Origin: Anaerolineae bacterium
GTDB taxonomy: Bacteria > Chloroflexota > Anaerolineae > Aggregatilineales > Phototrophicaceae
Assembly (NCBI GenBank): GCA_034437895.1
Contig: DAOTTO010000358.1
Coordinates: 7,366-71,365 of the forward strand
DNA: 64,000 nt
Direction of reading: 5' to 3'
Positions 1 to 8,818 of this stretch are shown in pieces (position 1 is the first letter of the stretch; each line of letters begins with the position of its first letter). A program made the position numbers and the translations under genes. The notes under the pieces are model-generated. The model was not told the origin of the DNA and did not search any database. It was given only the letters and a program-made list of their open reading frames with translations.

Positions 1-1
1 A

Positions 2-205
2 TTGTTCCTCAGTCAGCCAATGTTCGTCGCGCAGCAGTTCACTGGACGCGATGGACGCTATGTTAAAGTGCGCGATACGATTCGCGGCTTTCGCATGATT
101 TTGGAAGGCGAACTCGACCATATTCCTGAGCAGTTGTTTTATATGGCTGGGCCAATTGAAGATGTGCTGGCGCGTCATGATGAGGCTGAAAAGGCCAGTG
201 CGTAA
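2..205 (+). CDS. atpD: F0F1 ATP synthase subunit beta, C-terminal fragment (5' end lies outside the window)
   Basis: The reading frame is open to the left edge. The peptide ...[48 protein letters not shown] looks like the conserved C-terminus of F1 beta. atpC follows immediately. Confidence 0.88.
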   Translation: MFLSQPMFVAQQFTGRDGRYVKVRDTIRGFRMILEGELDHIPEQLFYMAGPIEDVLARHDEAEKASA

Positions 206-321
206 GGTGTGTTGAGGGCAAAAAGCTGAGTTTGAGGGGAAGGCGGCTTTAGGACTGATTCCCTTCAAACAAATATGTTGCCCTAAAAACTGAAGGCTGA
301 TCGCCGAAAGCTGAAAATCCT

Positions 322-771
322 ATGACAATACATGTTGAAATTGTTACCCAAGAAAAATTGGTCTTTGAAGATAAAGCCGCCGATATGGTTGTAATCCCTG
401 CGAGCGAAGGAGTGATGGGTATTTTGCCGCGTCACGCGCCTGTCTTAACGACCTTGGGCTTTGGAGAATTGATCGTCCGCAAGGGGAGCGCCGAAGAACG
501 TTTTGCCATTTTTGGCGGCGTGGTCGATATACGTCCGGGCAAGGTCACGGTCTTGGCTGATTTAGCAGCCTCATCGTTTGATCTTGATCTTGAAGCAGCG
601 GAGTCTGCTCGTGAACGTGCAGAAAAACTGCTGCGTGAGGGGCTGCCGCCGGAACAGAACCGTGCTGCCGAGCTGCAATTACGCCGCGCTAACCTCGAAC
701 TGCAAATCACCCGTAAGCTGAAGCAGAGCAGCCCGGTGATGCGGATTCTGGATTCAGAAAAGGGCGAATAG
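322..771 (+). CDS. atpC: F0F1 ATP synthase subunit epsilon
   Basis: 149 aa. It has an N-terminal beta-sandwich segment (VEIVTQEKLVFEDKAADMVVIPASEGVMGILPRHAP) and a C-terminal helical hairpin, and sits directly downstream of atpD. A hairpin plus T-run follows the stop. Confidence 0.9.
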   Translation: MTIHVEIVTQEKLVFEDKAADMVVIPASEGVMGILPRHAPVLTTLGFGELIVRKGSAEERFAIFGGVVDIRPGKVTVLADLAASSFDLDLEAAESARERAEKLLREGLPPEQNRAAELQLRRANLELQITRKLKQSSPVMRILDSEKGE

Positions 772-794
772 CGCTTTTTTACCGTTCAACAATT

Positions 795-850
795 GCCCAC
801 ACGGTAGGTCATCTGATGACGCATCTATCGTGTGGGCGTTTTGTTTTGTT
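795..850 (+). terminator. Rho-independent terminator after atpC
   Basis: GCCCACACG (795-803) pairs with CGTGTGGGC (829-837), with inner GTCATC/GATGAC pairing. It is followed by TTTTGTTTTGTT (839-850). Confidence 0.7.
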
Positions 851-899
851 ATAATCATTTCTTATGCTCTCCAACAATCGACACAATTGAAAGAATCAC

Positions 900-1910
900 A
901 TGGCATTATTCAGCAAAAAACTTGGCGTGGATTTAGGCACGGTCAATGTCTTAATTTGGGAAAACGGACAAATCGTTTTGCAGGAACCGTCACTCGTGGC
1001 GTTGATGGCGGAAGATGAACGGATTGTAGACTTTGGACAGCCTGCACGTGAGATGCTGGGAAGGGTGGATGATGAGGACATTCAAGTTATCCGTCCATTG
1101 CAAAATGGCGTAATCGCCGATTACGAAGTGACCGAGGCGATGCTAAGGTATTTCTTCGGGAAAATCGCCGGACGGATTCGCTTATTTAAGCCGACGGTAA
1201 TGATTTCTGTTCCTTGGGGTGTCACAAGTGTGGAAAAACGTGCCGTGCATGAGGCGGCGATTGCAGCAGGGGCGCGTGAAGCGTTTTTGATCTGGGAGCC
1301 ATTGGCGGCGGCATTGGGGGCAGGGCTGCCTGTGAGTACACCTGCCGGCGATATGGTCGTTAATATCGGTGGCGGCATTACCGAAGCAGCCGTTTTAAGC
1401 ATGAATAACATTGTGCGGGCAGAAAGTGGACGCGTGGGCGGCCTTAAACTCGACGATGCGATCATCAGTTATGTGCGACGTAAATATGGGTTAGGAATTG
1501 GTCAGCCAACCGCTGAAGCCATCAAGATTCAAATTGGTGCTGCGATTGACAAAGTAGAAAATTTGTCTATGGAAATTCAAGGACGGGATAATGTCAGCGG
1601 GTTGCCGCGTACCGTCACGATGCACACGGGCGAGGTGGTGGAAGCCATGCAAGAGGTGTTAAATGCAATTGCTCAGGTCGTCAAAAATGTTTTGAGCAAT
1701 ACGCCTCCTGAGCTTGCTTCTGATATTATTGATCGGGGAATTACTTTAACGGGGGGCGGGGCGCTGCTGCGGGGGATGGATCAATTCTTGACAAAAGAAA
1801 CGGAAGTGCCTGTATATCGTGCAGAAAATCCTATGATCGCCGTAGCGACGGGCGCGGGACGCGCTTTAGAAGACCCGGCGATCCTTCGACGTGTTCTACA
1901 GGCTTATTAA
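900..1910 (+). CDS. mreB: Rod shape-determining actin-like protein MreB
   Basis: 336 aa. Actin-fold phosphate motifs are present (GVDLGTVNV, VVNIGGGITE, LTGGGALLRG), and the length and N-terminus are typical of MreB. Confidence 0.93.
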   Translation: MALFSKKLGVDLGTVNVLIWENGQIVLQEPSLVALMAEDERIVDFGQPAREMLGRVDDEDIQVIRPLQNGVIADYEVTEAMLRYFFGKIAGRIRLFKPTVMISVPWGVTSVEKRAVHEAAIAAGAREAFLIWEPLAAALGAGLPVSTPAGDMVVNIGGGITEAAVLSMNNIVRAESGRVGGLKLDDAIISYVRRKYGLGIGQPTAEAIKIQIGAAIDKVENLSMEIQGRDNVSGLPRTVTMHTGEVVEAMQEVLNAIAQVVKNVLSNTPPELASDIIDRGITLTGGGALLRGMDQFLTKETEVPVYRAENPMIAVATGAGRALEDPAILRRVLQAY

Positions 1911-1915
1911 GCCGA

Positions 1916-2554
1916 CTAACGCTCTGATTCAAGATAATAAGTCATGCGCTGCATATGGACTACGGGGTCAATATATTGGACGTGGACGTTTTGTGGGACG
2001 TTGATGCTAATAGGCGCATAGTTCAGGATGCCACGTACACCCGCCTTTATAAGTTGGTCGGCGACATGTTGGGCATATTCTGCTGGAACAGTAATCATCG
2101 CCATTTGAATACCGCGTTTGCTGATGGTGTCGATCAGTTCATTCATAGGCTGAATCACGAAATCTTCAATTGGCTTTCCGATTTTGTTGGGGTCGCTGTC
2201 GAATATACAGGTGATATGGAAGCCCCGATTAGAAAAGCCGCGATAATGGGCAACAGCCGTGCCGAGGTCTCCTGCGCCGACTAAGGCCACTTCCCAGTCG
2301 CGTGTGACTTTTAGGACTTGACGCAGTTTTTCTTCAAGATAGGTAATTTGATAACCTGTACCTTGTTTGCCAAATCCGCCAAAGTGAGACAAATCTTTGC
2401 GAATTTGCGCGGAACTGATGCCCAGCCGCCGACCCAGTTCGTGCGAAGAAGTTACTTCATGGCCTTCTTGAGAAAGGCGATTTAATGCGCGAAGGTAGAT
2501 TGGTAAGCGGCCAATAACAATATCAGGAATGTTATCGGACGGAATAGATGTCAT
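1916..2554 (-). CDS. rex: Redox-sensing transcriptional repressor Rex
   Basis: 212 aa. It has an N-terminal winged helix (IPDIVIGRLPIYLRAL...SSHELG) and a Rossmann NADH-binding motif (VALVGAGDLGTAVA). The layout is canonical for Rex. Confidence 0.9.
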   Translation of the reverse strand: MTSIPSDNIPDIVIGRLPIYLRALNRLSQEGHEVTSSHELGRRLGISSAQIRKDLSHFGGFGKQGTGYQITYLEEKLRQVLKVTRDWEVALVGAGDLGTAVAHYRGFSNRGFHITCIFDSDPNKIGKPIEDFVIQPMNELIDTISKRGIQMAMITVPAEYAQHVADQLIKAGVRGILNYAPISINVPQNVHVQYIDPVVHMQRMTYYLESER

Positions 2555-2920
2555 TGTGAAACTCGCTCCCTTTTTTCATTTCAGTCGTTAGGTTCTGAAA
2601 CGCGAGATTATGTGTTTGGAGATAATGCTTAAGAAGTCGGATTTTAGGAGCATGGTATATGATTTTCCCATTATAATTTTAATGTTACCACCGATATAGC
2701 GCCCATACTAGATAATCCTTTATCTAAAGATTTTGACATCTTTATTCATGTGATTGTACGCTATATTACTACGGATTGAGTCAATTTGCACAAAGAGGAT
2801 GTATGGATTTTAATTTCTATTCGACTGGGTGTTTGATAAACAAGCCAAATTTAAGTAAAGTCCGCTGAATGCCGTACATGGTCACTGTAAACACGCTATA
2901 ATGGTAGTCAATTCGTTTTT

Positions 2921-3496
2921 ATGATTGGGGTCGATGCTGCTGTGGACGAAAACATCATCGATGAGTTTGAAGATGCCATTATCCCGCGCAGCCGCGTATT
3001 CGTGCTGTTGGATGGGACGTTTGTCGTAAGGTGGAGCGAGAATCGTGTACAGGAATTGGAAAGCGGGCATTATCGCGTATTTGAAAAGCGCGATTTTGGC
3101 GCATCTATTACGGATTATGAATTGAACCAACTTAAGAATGCGGGCTTGGTAGATAGCTATGATAAAGAGATGGTCTGGCTAACTTCTCTGCCAGATCGCG
3201 GTGCTTTTTCCACACTCAGCCCTTGGGAGCAGCAGCGTGTTCGCTCTTATTATGTCAATACGACACTGCCGGGATCAGTCCTGCGGGATGTTGAGGATTT
3301 GTTAGAAGAAATTGGTTTGGCAGATACATTCACATCGCGGGTGCGGGATGATTTTGTCGTCTTGTGGGGAACAAAAGGAATTTCGTTCCACAAGTTCGAT
3401 GATGCGGAAAAGGCCCGCACACTGCTGGTGGAAAGAGCGCCGGATGCTTTTGCCCATGCTGTAGTGGCTTTTATTGAAACGACTAAGCGCGATTGA
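2921..3496 (+). CDS. Hypothetical protein; stand-alone copy of an uncharacterised ~180-aa domain that is also the N-terminus of the 10263-11288 product
   Basis: 191-aa ORF. It aligns clearly with the other protein (FVVRWSENRVQELESGHYR / YVVQWDDNRVQELLSGQYR; ITDYELNQL / ITDYELKQL; VAFIETTKR / IAFIETSSR). I recognise no known motif. Confidence 0.6.
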   Translation: MIGVDAAVDENIIDEFEDAIIPRSRVFVLLDGTFVVRWSENRVQELESGHYRVFEKRDFGASITDYELNQLKNAGLVDSYDKEMVWLTSLPDRGAFSTLSPWEQQRVRSYYVNTTLPGSVLRDVEDLLEEIGLADTFTSRVRDDFVVLWGTKGISFHKFDDAEKARTLLVERAPDAFAHAVVAFIETTKRD

Positions 3497-3531
3497 TGCG
3501 TGTCATAGCATTGGAAGTAAGGTTATAGGTT

Positions 3532-4125
3532 ATGTTTGATGAAACAGCGCGGAAAAATGGCAGAGTTCATCGTATTGGGAGCGAGCATCCTGATTTAATT
3601 GCCGTTCATAACAGTATGCTGGACGGATTAAGCCAACTTGCTGATTATTTTGGCTTTAGTAAAGTGATGGGGCAGCTTTATGGTGCGTTGCTGCTCAGTC
3701 CTGAGCCATTATCGCTTGATGATTTGATGGAACGGTTAAGTATTTCAAAAGCTAACGCGAGCATGAATATGCGGACGCTGGAACACATGGGCATGGTGCG
3801 GCAGGTGTGGCTGCGCGGGCGGAGTGGTCGGCGGAAATATTATGAAGCGGAAACGGACTTTTTGCAGATCATTACCAATATTTTGAGTGGGCGTGAGATG
3901 CGCGATGTGGATCGTGCTTTGTCTGTGATGGAGGAAAATGCAGGATTGCTTGCTAAGTCTCAACCTGACATGACTACTGAGGATAAACAGCAGGCGGATT
4001 TATATTTAGGGCGCATTACCCAGATGCAAACGATGTTTCGTTTTGCCCAGTTGGTTATCAGCAGTATTTTGGCGCGAGTGAGTAATATGGATTTGGATGA
4101 AATTTCCGATATTGAGATTAAATAA
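3532..4125 (+). CDS. GbsR/MarR-type winged-helix transcriptional regulator
   Basis: 197 aa. The segment FGFSKVMGQLYGALLLSPEPLSLDDLMERLSISKANASMNMRTLEHMGMVRQV resembles the GbsR-like wHTH. This is motif-level recognition only. Confidence 0.65.
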   Translation: MFDETARKNGRVHRIGSEHPDLIAVHNSMLDGLSQLADYFGFSKVMGQLYGALLLSPEPLSLDDLMERLSISKANASMNMRTLEHMGMVRQVWLRGRSGRRKYYEAETDFLQIITNILSGREMRDVDRALSVMEENAGLLAKSQPDMTTEDKQQADLYLGRITQMQTMFRFAQLVISSILARVSNMDLDEISDIEIK

Positions 4126-4130
4126 TTGTC

Positions 4131-4160
4131 TTGTAGCGGATGCTATTTTTGCACTATAAT
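4131..4160 (+). promoter_or_regulatory. Sigma70-type promoter candidate for tRNA-Leu
   Basis: TTGTAG (4131-4136), an 18-nt spacer, then TATAAT (4155-4160). It lies about 35 nt upstream of the tRNA 5' end. Confidence 0.5.
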
Positions 4161-4194
4161 GCACGGATGAGGCAAAATGCCTTAGATGACTTTT

Positions 4195-4276
4195 GGGGGA
4201 GTGGCGGAACTGGCAGACGCGCATGACTTAGGATCATGTCTTTTACGAGGTGAGGGTTCGAGTCCCTCCTTCCCCA
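4195..4276 (+). tRNA. tRNA-Leu, anticodon UAG (class II, long variable arm)
   Basis: Hand-folded. Acceptor GGGGGAG pairs with CTTCCCC. The anticodon stem CATGA/TCATG encloses loop CTTAGGA (anticodon TAG). There is a long variable arm, a T arm GAGGG-TTCGAGT-CCCTC and discriminator A. CCA is not encoded. Confidence 0.9.
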
Positions 4277-4340
4277 TTCATGTGTACTAAAAAACATCGA
4301 AATTTCTGATGGAAGATTTATACTCTGTCGATTGTGTCAG

Positions 4341-4349
4341 TGCTATAAT
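4341..4349 (+). promoter_or_regulatory. Extended -10 element TGCTATAAT, candidate tig promoter
   Basis: The exact string TGCTATAAT lies 49 nt upstream of the proposed tig TTG start. The same 9-10-mer recurs upstream of gyrA, and as TGCTATAAA upstream of moaC. Confidence 0.4.
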
Positions 4350-4397
4350 CTGCTGTATTACACGCGATTTAACCACGCTGTTGTAAGGACTAACCTA

Positions 4398-5888
4398 TTG
4401 AATATCCAAACTGAACATCTCCAAGACCACACCGCACGTTTTATTGTCGAAATCGATATGGACCGGCTCGACAAATCGAAACAGAAGGCGGCACGCGCAA
4501 TTGCAGGGCGCGTTAACATCCCTGGCTTCCGCAAAGGCAAAGCGCCATACCGTATTCTCGTGCAGTATGTGGGTGAAGCCAACATCCTTCAGGATGCGGT
4601 GGATGATTTAAGCCAAGAGATTTACCGGGAAACCATTGAACAGTCTGAAATTGAACCTTATGGGCCTGGCTCGTGGGACGATTTTAAACTGGAACCCGCC
4701 CCCACGTTTATTTATACCGTTCCCTTACAACCTACAGTCACATTAGGCGATTATCGTTCTATTCGGCGCGACTACGAAGCTCCGACTGTCGAGGACTCGG
4801 ATGTCGATGAGGGAATGAAGCGCCTTTTAGATCAGGAAGCACTCGTCGAAGAGAGTACTCGTCCGGTTGAAATGGGTAATCGGGTGACGCTTGATATTCA
4901 CAGCGAGTTTAGTGACGATGCACCTGAAGTGATTGTGGATGAGACCAATGTTGAATCTACTGAACAAAAAGATGCCCCACCGCCCAAAGGCACAGAATTT
5001 GTGCATGAGCATGATGGCGTTATTACGCTTGAAGAGGATGACGAGCCGCTTTTGCCCGGTTTTAAACAGGCACTAATTGGCGCGACGGCTGGGCAGGAAT
5101 TGGAATTTGAGTTAACTGTTCCAGAGGGCGAAGAAAATTATGCCGACATTGTTGGGCGTAAGATTACTTTTCATGTCACAATGAAGAAAATTGAGGCTGT
5201 CACGCTGCCTGTTGTAAATGACGACTTTGCGGCGAAGGTGACGGCGACGGAAGAGACACCACTTACACTGCTTGAGCTGCGGATGCGGATGCGTGAAAAT
5301 TTGCAAGACGCATTAGAGCGCCGGTCAAAAGCCGCTTATGCCGATTTAGTGCTAGAAGAAATGGTCGATCAAGCGACGATTGCATATCCTGAAGCCATGA
5401 TCCAAGAGCAAATGGACGGCATGATTAAAGACTTAGAAAGGCGTTTGCAGCAGCAGAATATTTCCCTAGATACGTATTATAAAGTCACCAACCGCACCGA
5501 GGAAGACATTCGGGGTGATTATCGTCAGCCTGCGATAGAGGCGGTTAGGCGAATGCTTGTTTTGCGCGAAGTGATGGTGGCGGAAAAGATCAAGGTTGCA
5601 GACGAGCAAATTAATCAGCGGATTGATGTATTGCTATCTCAGTTTGGGGAACAGGCCGAAGTGTTCCGGGGTGTTTTCGATACCCCAAATATGCGCGTTA
5701 GCATTTTGAATGAGTTGCTAGAGCAGAATGTCTTTGACCGGATTGTTGCAATTGCGCGGGGTGAAGAAATTCCAGTTGAAGCAGAATCAGAGGTCATCAT
5801 GGTTGAGCCTGTCGCTGCGGCAGAAACGCCGGATGTAAGTTCAGCAGAATCCGAAGTGTCTACTGAAAGTGAATCAGAATCGATTTGA
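4398..5888 (+). CDS. tig: Trigger factor (ribosome-associated PPIase chaperone)
   Basis: It has the ribosome-binding signature PGFRKGKAP and sits in tig-clpP-clpX synteny. I place the start at the in-frame TTG 4398, preceded by AAGGA (4385-4389). The longer ORF from 4332 would overlap the TGCTATAAT promoter element. An acidic insertion and an acidic C-terminal tail make it longer than typical. Confidence 0.88.
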   Translation: MNIQTEHLQDHTARFIVEIDMDRLDKSKQKAARAIAGRVNIPGFRKGKAPYRILVQYVGEANILQDAVDDLSQEIYRETIEQSEIEPYGPGSWDDFKLEPAPTFIYTVPLQPTVTLGDYRSIRRDYEAPTVEDSDVDEGMKRLLDQEALVEESTRPVEMGNRVTLDIHSEFSDDAPEVIVDETNVESTEQKDAPPPKGTEFVHEHDGVITLEEDDEPLLPGFKQALIGATAGQELEFELTVPEGEENYADIVGRKITFHVTMKKIEAVTLPVVNDDFAAKVTATEETPLTLLELRMRMRENLQDALERRSKAAYADLVLEEMVDQATIAYPEAMIQEQMDGMIKDLERRLQQQNISLDTYYKVTNRTEEDIRGDYRQPAIEAVRRMLVLREVMVAEKIKVADEQINQRIDVLLSQFGEQAEVFRGVFDTPNMRVSILNELLEQNVFDRIVAIARGEEIPVEAESEVIMVEPVAAAETPDVSSAESEVSTESESESI

Positions 5889-5976
5889 GTTGTTAGATTT
5901 TGTTGTTAGCGGATAAATTGATCGTCAATTGAAAGGAGTAGGGCGCATTCTCATTTTTGCGAGTGCGTCAGCAAGC

Positions 5977-6600
5977 ATGAGTATTTATAACATTGTACCG
6001 ATGGTGATTGAACAAGGCAGCCGGGGCGAGCGAGCCTACGACATTTATTCGCTGCTTTTGAAAGAACGTATTGTTTTCATGGGGATGCCGATTAACGATC
6101 AGATTGCCAACTTGATCGTCGCACAACTACTTTTCCTTGATCGTGAAGATGCTGATCGTCGTATTCAAATGTATATCAATTCTCCCGGCGGCGTGGTTTA
6201 TGCTGGGCTGGCGATTTATGATACGATGCAGCAGATTTCGGCGGATGTAAGCACCACTGCGGTGGGCTTAACGGCCAGCTTTGGTACGGTCTTATTGGCG
6301 GCAGGGCGGCCTAATATGCGTATGGCGCTTCCGAATGCGACCATTCACATGCACCAGCCGTTGGGTGGCGCACAGGGGCAGGCTTCTGATATCGTGATTC
6401 AGGCTAATGAGATCGTCCGGTTAAAAGACTTGCTCAATGAAGTGTTTGTTAAACACACGGGCAAGCCGAAAGAAGTTATTGAGCGCGATACAGATCGGGA
6501 TATTTACTTCAGCGCCCAGCAAGCCGTTGATTATGGTTTGATTGATACTGTGCTTGATATGACAAAAGAAGATGCAAAAGTAGGAGCAAAAGTAAAGTGA
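5977..6600 (+). CDS. clpP: ATP-dependent Clp protease proteolytic subunit
   Basis: Motifs: [25 protein letters not shown], catalytic Ser context GLTASFG, His in IHMHQP, Asp in DTDRD. The start is uncertain. ATG 5977 gives the canonical N-terminus, but the only strong SD (AAAGGAG, 5932-5938) is 38 nt upstream of it. Confidence 0.92.
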   Translation: MSIYNIVPMVIEQGSRGERAYDIYSLLLKERIVFMGMPINDQIANLIVAQLLFLDREDADRRIQMYINSPGGVVYAGLAIYDTMQQISADVSTTAVGLTASFGTVLLAAGRPNMRMALPNATIHMHQPLGGAQGQASDIVIQANEIVRLKDLLNEVFVKHTGKPKEVIERDTDRDIYFSAQQAVDYGLIDTVLDMTKEDAKVGAKVK

Positions 6601-7892
6601 GCTACGTACCATCAGGTCATCATCGGTGTTCGTTTTGTGGTCGCAACCATGATGAGGTCGAGCGTCTGATTGCTGGCCCGGATGGTGTGTTCATATGTAA
6701 CTACTGTGTGGAATTGTGTCATAACTTGCTATTAGATGAAGAGATGACACACAGCAGCGGTACAGATTTTCATATTTCTCACTTACTTTCCCCTCGTGAA
6801 CTCATGAACCATCTGGATGAATACGTGGTTGGGCAAATCCATGCGAAACGTGTTCTGAGTGTTGCCGTGTATAACCACTATAAGCGGATACAGTCGGATA
6901 AATCCAATGGGGAAGTTGAATTACAGAAGAGCAATATTCTGATGTTGGGGCCTACGGGCAGCGGCAAGACCTTGTTAGCGCAGACCCTTGCCCGTATTTT
7001 GGATGTGCCATTTTGCATCGCGGATGCAACAGCGCTAACGGAAGCGGGTTATGTGGGTGAAGATGTCGAGAATATCTTGCTGCGCCTGATTCAAGCCGCT
7101 GATGGTGATATTGCGCGTGCCGAAAAAGGCGTTATCTATATCGACGAAATTGATAAGATTGCGCGAAAATCCAACGATAACCCTTCGATCACCCGTGATG
7201 TGTCGGGCGAGGGAGTGCAGCAAGCGCTCTTGAAAATTGTGGAAGGTACGGTTGCCAATGTGCCGCCGCAAGGTGGGCGCAAGCACCCCCATCAAGAATT
7301 TATCCAGATTGATACCACGAATATCTTATTTATTTGTGGTGGTACATTTGACGGTATTGACGAGGTAATTGGTAAACGGATCGGCGTAAAGGGATCGCTT
7401 GGCTTTAAGGCGAATACCCCAGCGACACGCTCGGATACTGATAAAGCACGTCTGATGCGTAAAATCAGCCCGGAAGATTTGATGTCTCACGGCTTGATCC
7501 CTGAGTTGGTAGGGCGGTTGCCTGTTTTGGTGACGATTGACCAACTTGATCGTGAAGCGCTCATTCGCATTTTGGTCGAACCGAAGAACGCCCTGATTAA
7601 ACAGTATGAGCATTTGCTGTCTTTGGACAAAGTGAAATTGGAATTTGTCGAGTCGGCATTGGGTGCGGCGGCTGATCTGACGCTCAAACGTGAGACTGGT
7701 GCGCGTGGGCTGCGCTCAATCATCGAAAGTTGTTTGTTGGATGTGATGTTTGAAATTCCAGGTAGAGAAGATATTCGGCGGGTTGTCATTGATGCTGATG
7801 TCATTAATGGCTTGTCCCAACCGCATATCTATGGCGCGGACGATCGGCGTTTGGAATGGACTGAGGACGGCTCGCTTAAGCCGGCTGCTTAG
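6597..7892 (+). CDS. clpX: ATP-dependent Clp protease ATP-binding subunit ClpX
   Basis: It has an N-terminal zinc-binding module (CSFCG...CNYC), Walker A GPTGSGKT and Walker B IYIDEIDK. The GTG start overlaps the clpP stop as GTGA. Confidence 0.95.
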   Translation: MSYVPSGHHRCSFCGRNHDEVERLIAGPDGVFICNYCVELCHNLLLDEEMTHSSGTDFHISHLLSPRELMNHLDEYVVGQIHAKRVLSVAVYNHYKRIQSDKSNGEVELQKSNILMLGPTGSGKTLLAQTLARILDVPFCIADATALTEAGYVGEDVENILLRLIQAADGDIARAEKGVIYIDEIDKIARKSNDNPSITRDVSGEGVQQALLKIVEGTVANVPPQGGRKHPHQEFIQIDTTNILFICGGTFDGIDEVIGKRIGVKGSLGFKANTPATRSDTDKARLMRKISPEDLMSHGLIPELVGRLPVLVTIDQLDREALIRILVEPKNALIKQYEHLLSLDKVKLEFVESALGAAADLTLKRETGARGLRSIIESCLLDVMFEIPGREDIRRVVIDADVINGLSQPHIYGADDRRLEWTEDGSLKPAA

Positions 7893-7924
7893 GGGCTGGA
7901 CATAAACGGTACGGAATTGATCGA

Positions 7925-7958
7925 AGAGGGCAGCCTATACGCTGCCCTCTTTGTTTTT
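7925..7958 (+). terminator. Rho-independent terminator after clpX
   Basis: AGAGGGCAGC (7925-7934) pairs with GCTGCCCTCT (7941-7950), followed by TTGTTTTT. It abuts the stop of the convergent MBL gene. Confidence 0.75.
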
Positions 7959-8616
7959 AGCGCGTAAGCTGCGGGATAATGACTTCGGCACGTCCGCCAA
8001 CTGCCTCTTTAAAGGCTTGTGCGTCCAGATAGGTGGCACTATCCCCAACCGCGCCCCAATTGCTCGGAATGACCCAACGCGGGCGCATCTTTTTGACGAC
8101 TTCTACTGCATCTGTAACGTTGAGTGTCCCATTGCCATCAATAGGTAAAATCGCAATATCTGGCTTAATGCGTTCCATGTCGGGAATATCTTCTGTATCC
8201 CCTGCATAATAAATATCGAAAAAATTCAATGAGATGACAAAACCTAGCCCACCATCCTCAATCGGGTGGAGAAGTTTTTTCGTGGAATAGGCGGGTACGG
8301 ATTTAATGCTGGCAAGGTCTACGGTTATGCTTTGCCAAGGACGAAGCACCTTGCAGCCCTCAATTTGCGAAGCCACATTTTTGTTACCGATAACGAGGGT
8401 GGACTCTCCACGCAACTTTTCAATATCTGCCAGTGAGCAGTGTTCATAATGGTCGTGGCTGACGAGAATCACATCGGCATGGAAAACACTACGAACTACG
8501 CGCCAAGGGTTGATATAAATCAACGGCGGCCCCTGAATAATAAAGCTGCCATGACCGAGCCATTGAATGCGATCAATCATGCGATCTGAGAAATTTTCGT
8601 TAAGGTTGTTATTCAT
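7957..8616 (-). CDS. MBL-fold metallo-hydrolase
   Basis: 219 aa. It has the HxHxDH-type motif (VILVSHDHYEHCS) and WLGHGSFII near the N-terminus, typical of small beta-lactamase-fold hydrolases. Confidence 0.75.
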   Translation of the reverse strand: MNNNLNENFSDRMIDRIQWLGHGSFIIQGPPLIYINPWRVVRSVFHADVILVSHDHYEHCSLADIEKLRGESTLVIGNKNVASQIEGCKVLRPWQSITVDLASIKSVPAYSTKKLLHPIEDGGLGFVISLNFFDIYYAGDTEDIPDMERIKPDIAILPIDGNGTLNVTDAVEVVKKMRPRWVIPSNWGAVGDSATYLDAQAFKEAVGGRAEVIIPQLTR

Positions 8617-8656
8617 AATCCTAGTCTACCTCAAAGCGTGAGATGGCTCAAGCTGC

Positions 8657-8685
8657 TTGTATGGCAATAGTATTGGGCTTATAAT
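8657..8685 (+). promoter_or_regulatory. Sigma70-type promoter candidate upstream of the AAA+ ATPase gene
   Basis: TTGTAT (8657-8662), a 17-nt spacer, then TATAAT (8680-8685). This would give a leader of about 130 nt containing an AGCGTTA/TAACGCT hairpin. Confidence 0.5.
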
Positions 8686-8818
8686 CGCTGTTAAATCACA
8701 ATCACGTTGTAAGCGTTAAGAATTCCTAACGCTTGGGCAGTCTTGCTTCTGATATGATACACTTAGGGTAAATTTGGAAATTGAGCAGAAATCATGTTGA
8801 CCGTAAAGGAACAAGCGT

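Noticed and set aside
250-256. The shared heptamer TAGGACT in three intergenic regions (about 250, 44157 and, on the minus strand, 24868) as a possible motif.
   Set aside because: A 7-mer is expected several times by chance in 128 kb of two-strand sequence, and the flanking sequence is not conserved.
2551-2568. A Rex autoregulatory box at the rex start (TTGTGAA at 2554-2560, read as TTCACAATG on the coding strand).
   Set aside because: Only one half-site is present, with no matching TTGTGAA 4 nt upstream on the rex strand. A single heptamer is expected by chance.
4332-4397. N-terminal extensions offered by the ORF track for tig (4332), clpP (5929), the DUF-REC gene (10245), obg (13208), nadD (14460), the SBP gene (15067), the DUF417 gene (17063), aspA (21803), EamA (22675), the S1 gene (32952), prfB (33880), the SARP-like gene (45521) and the deaminase gene (57460).
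   Set aside because: In each case a downstream in-frame start is better supported. It restores the canonical family N-terminus, has an SD at proper spacing, or avoids overlap with the upstream gene or a promoter box. The extensions are listed as alternatives only.
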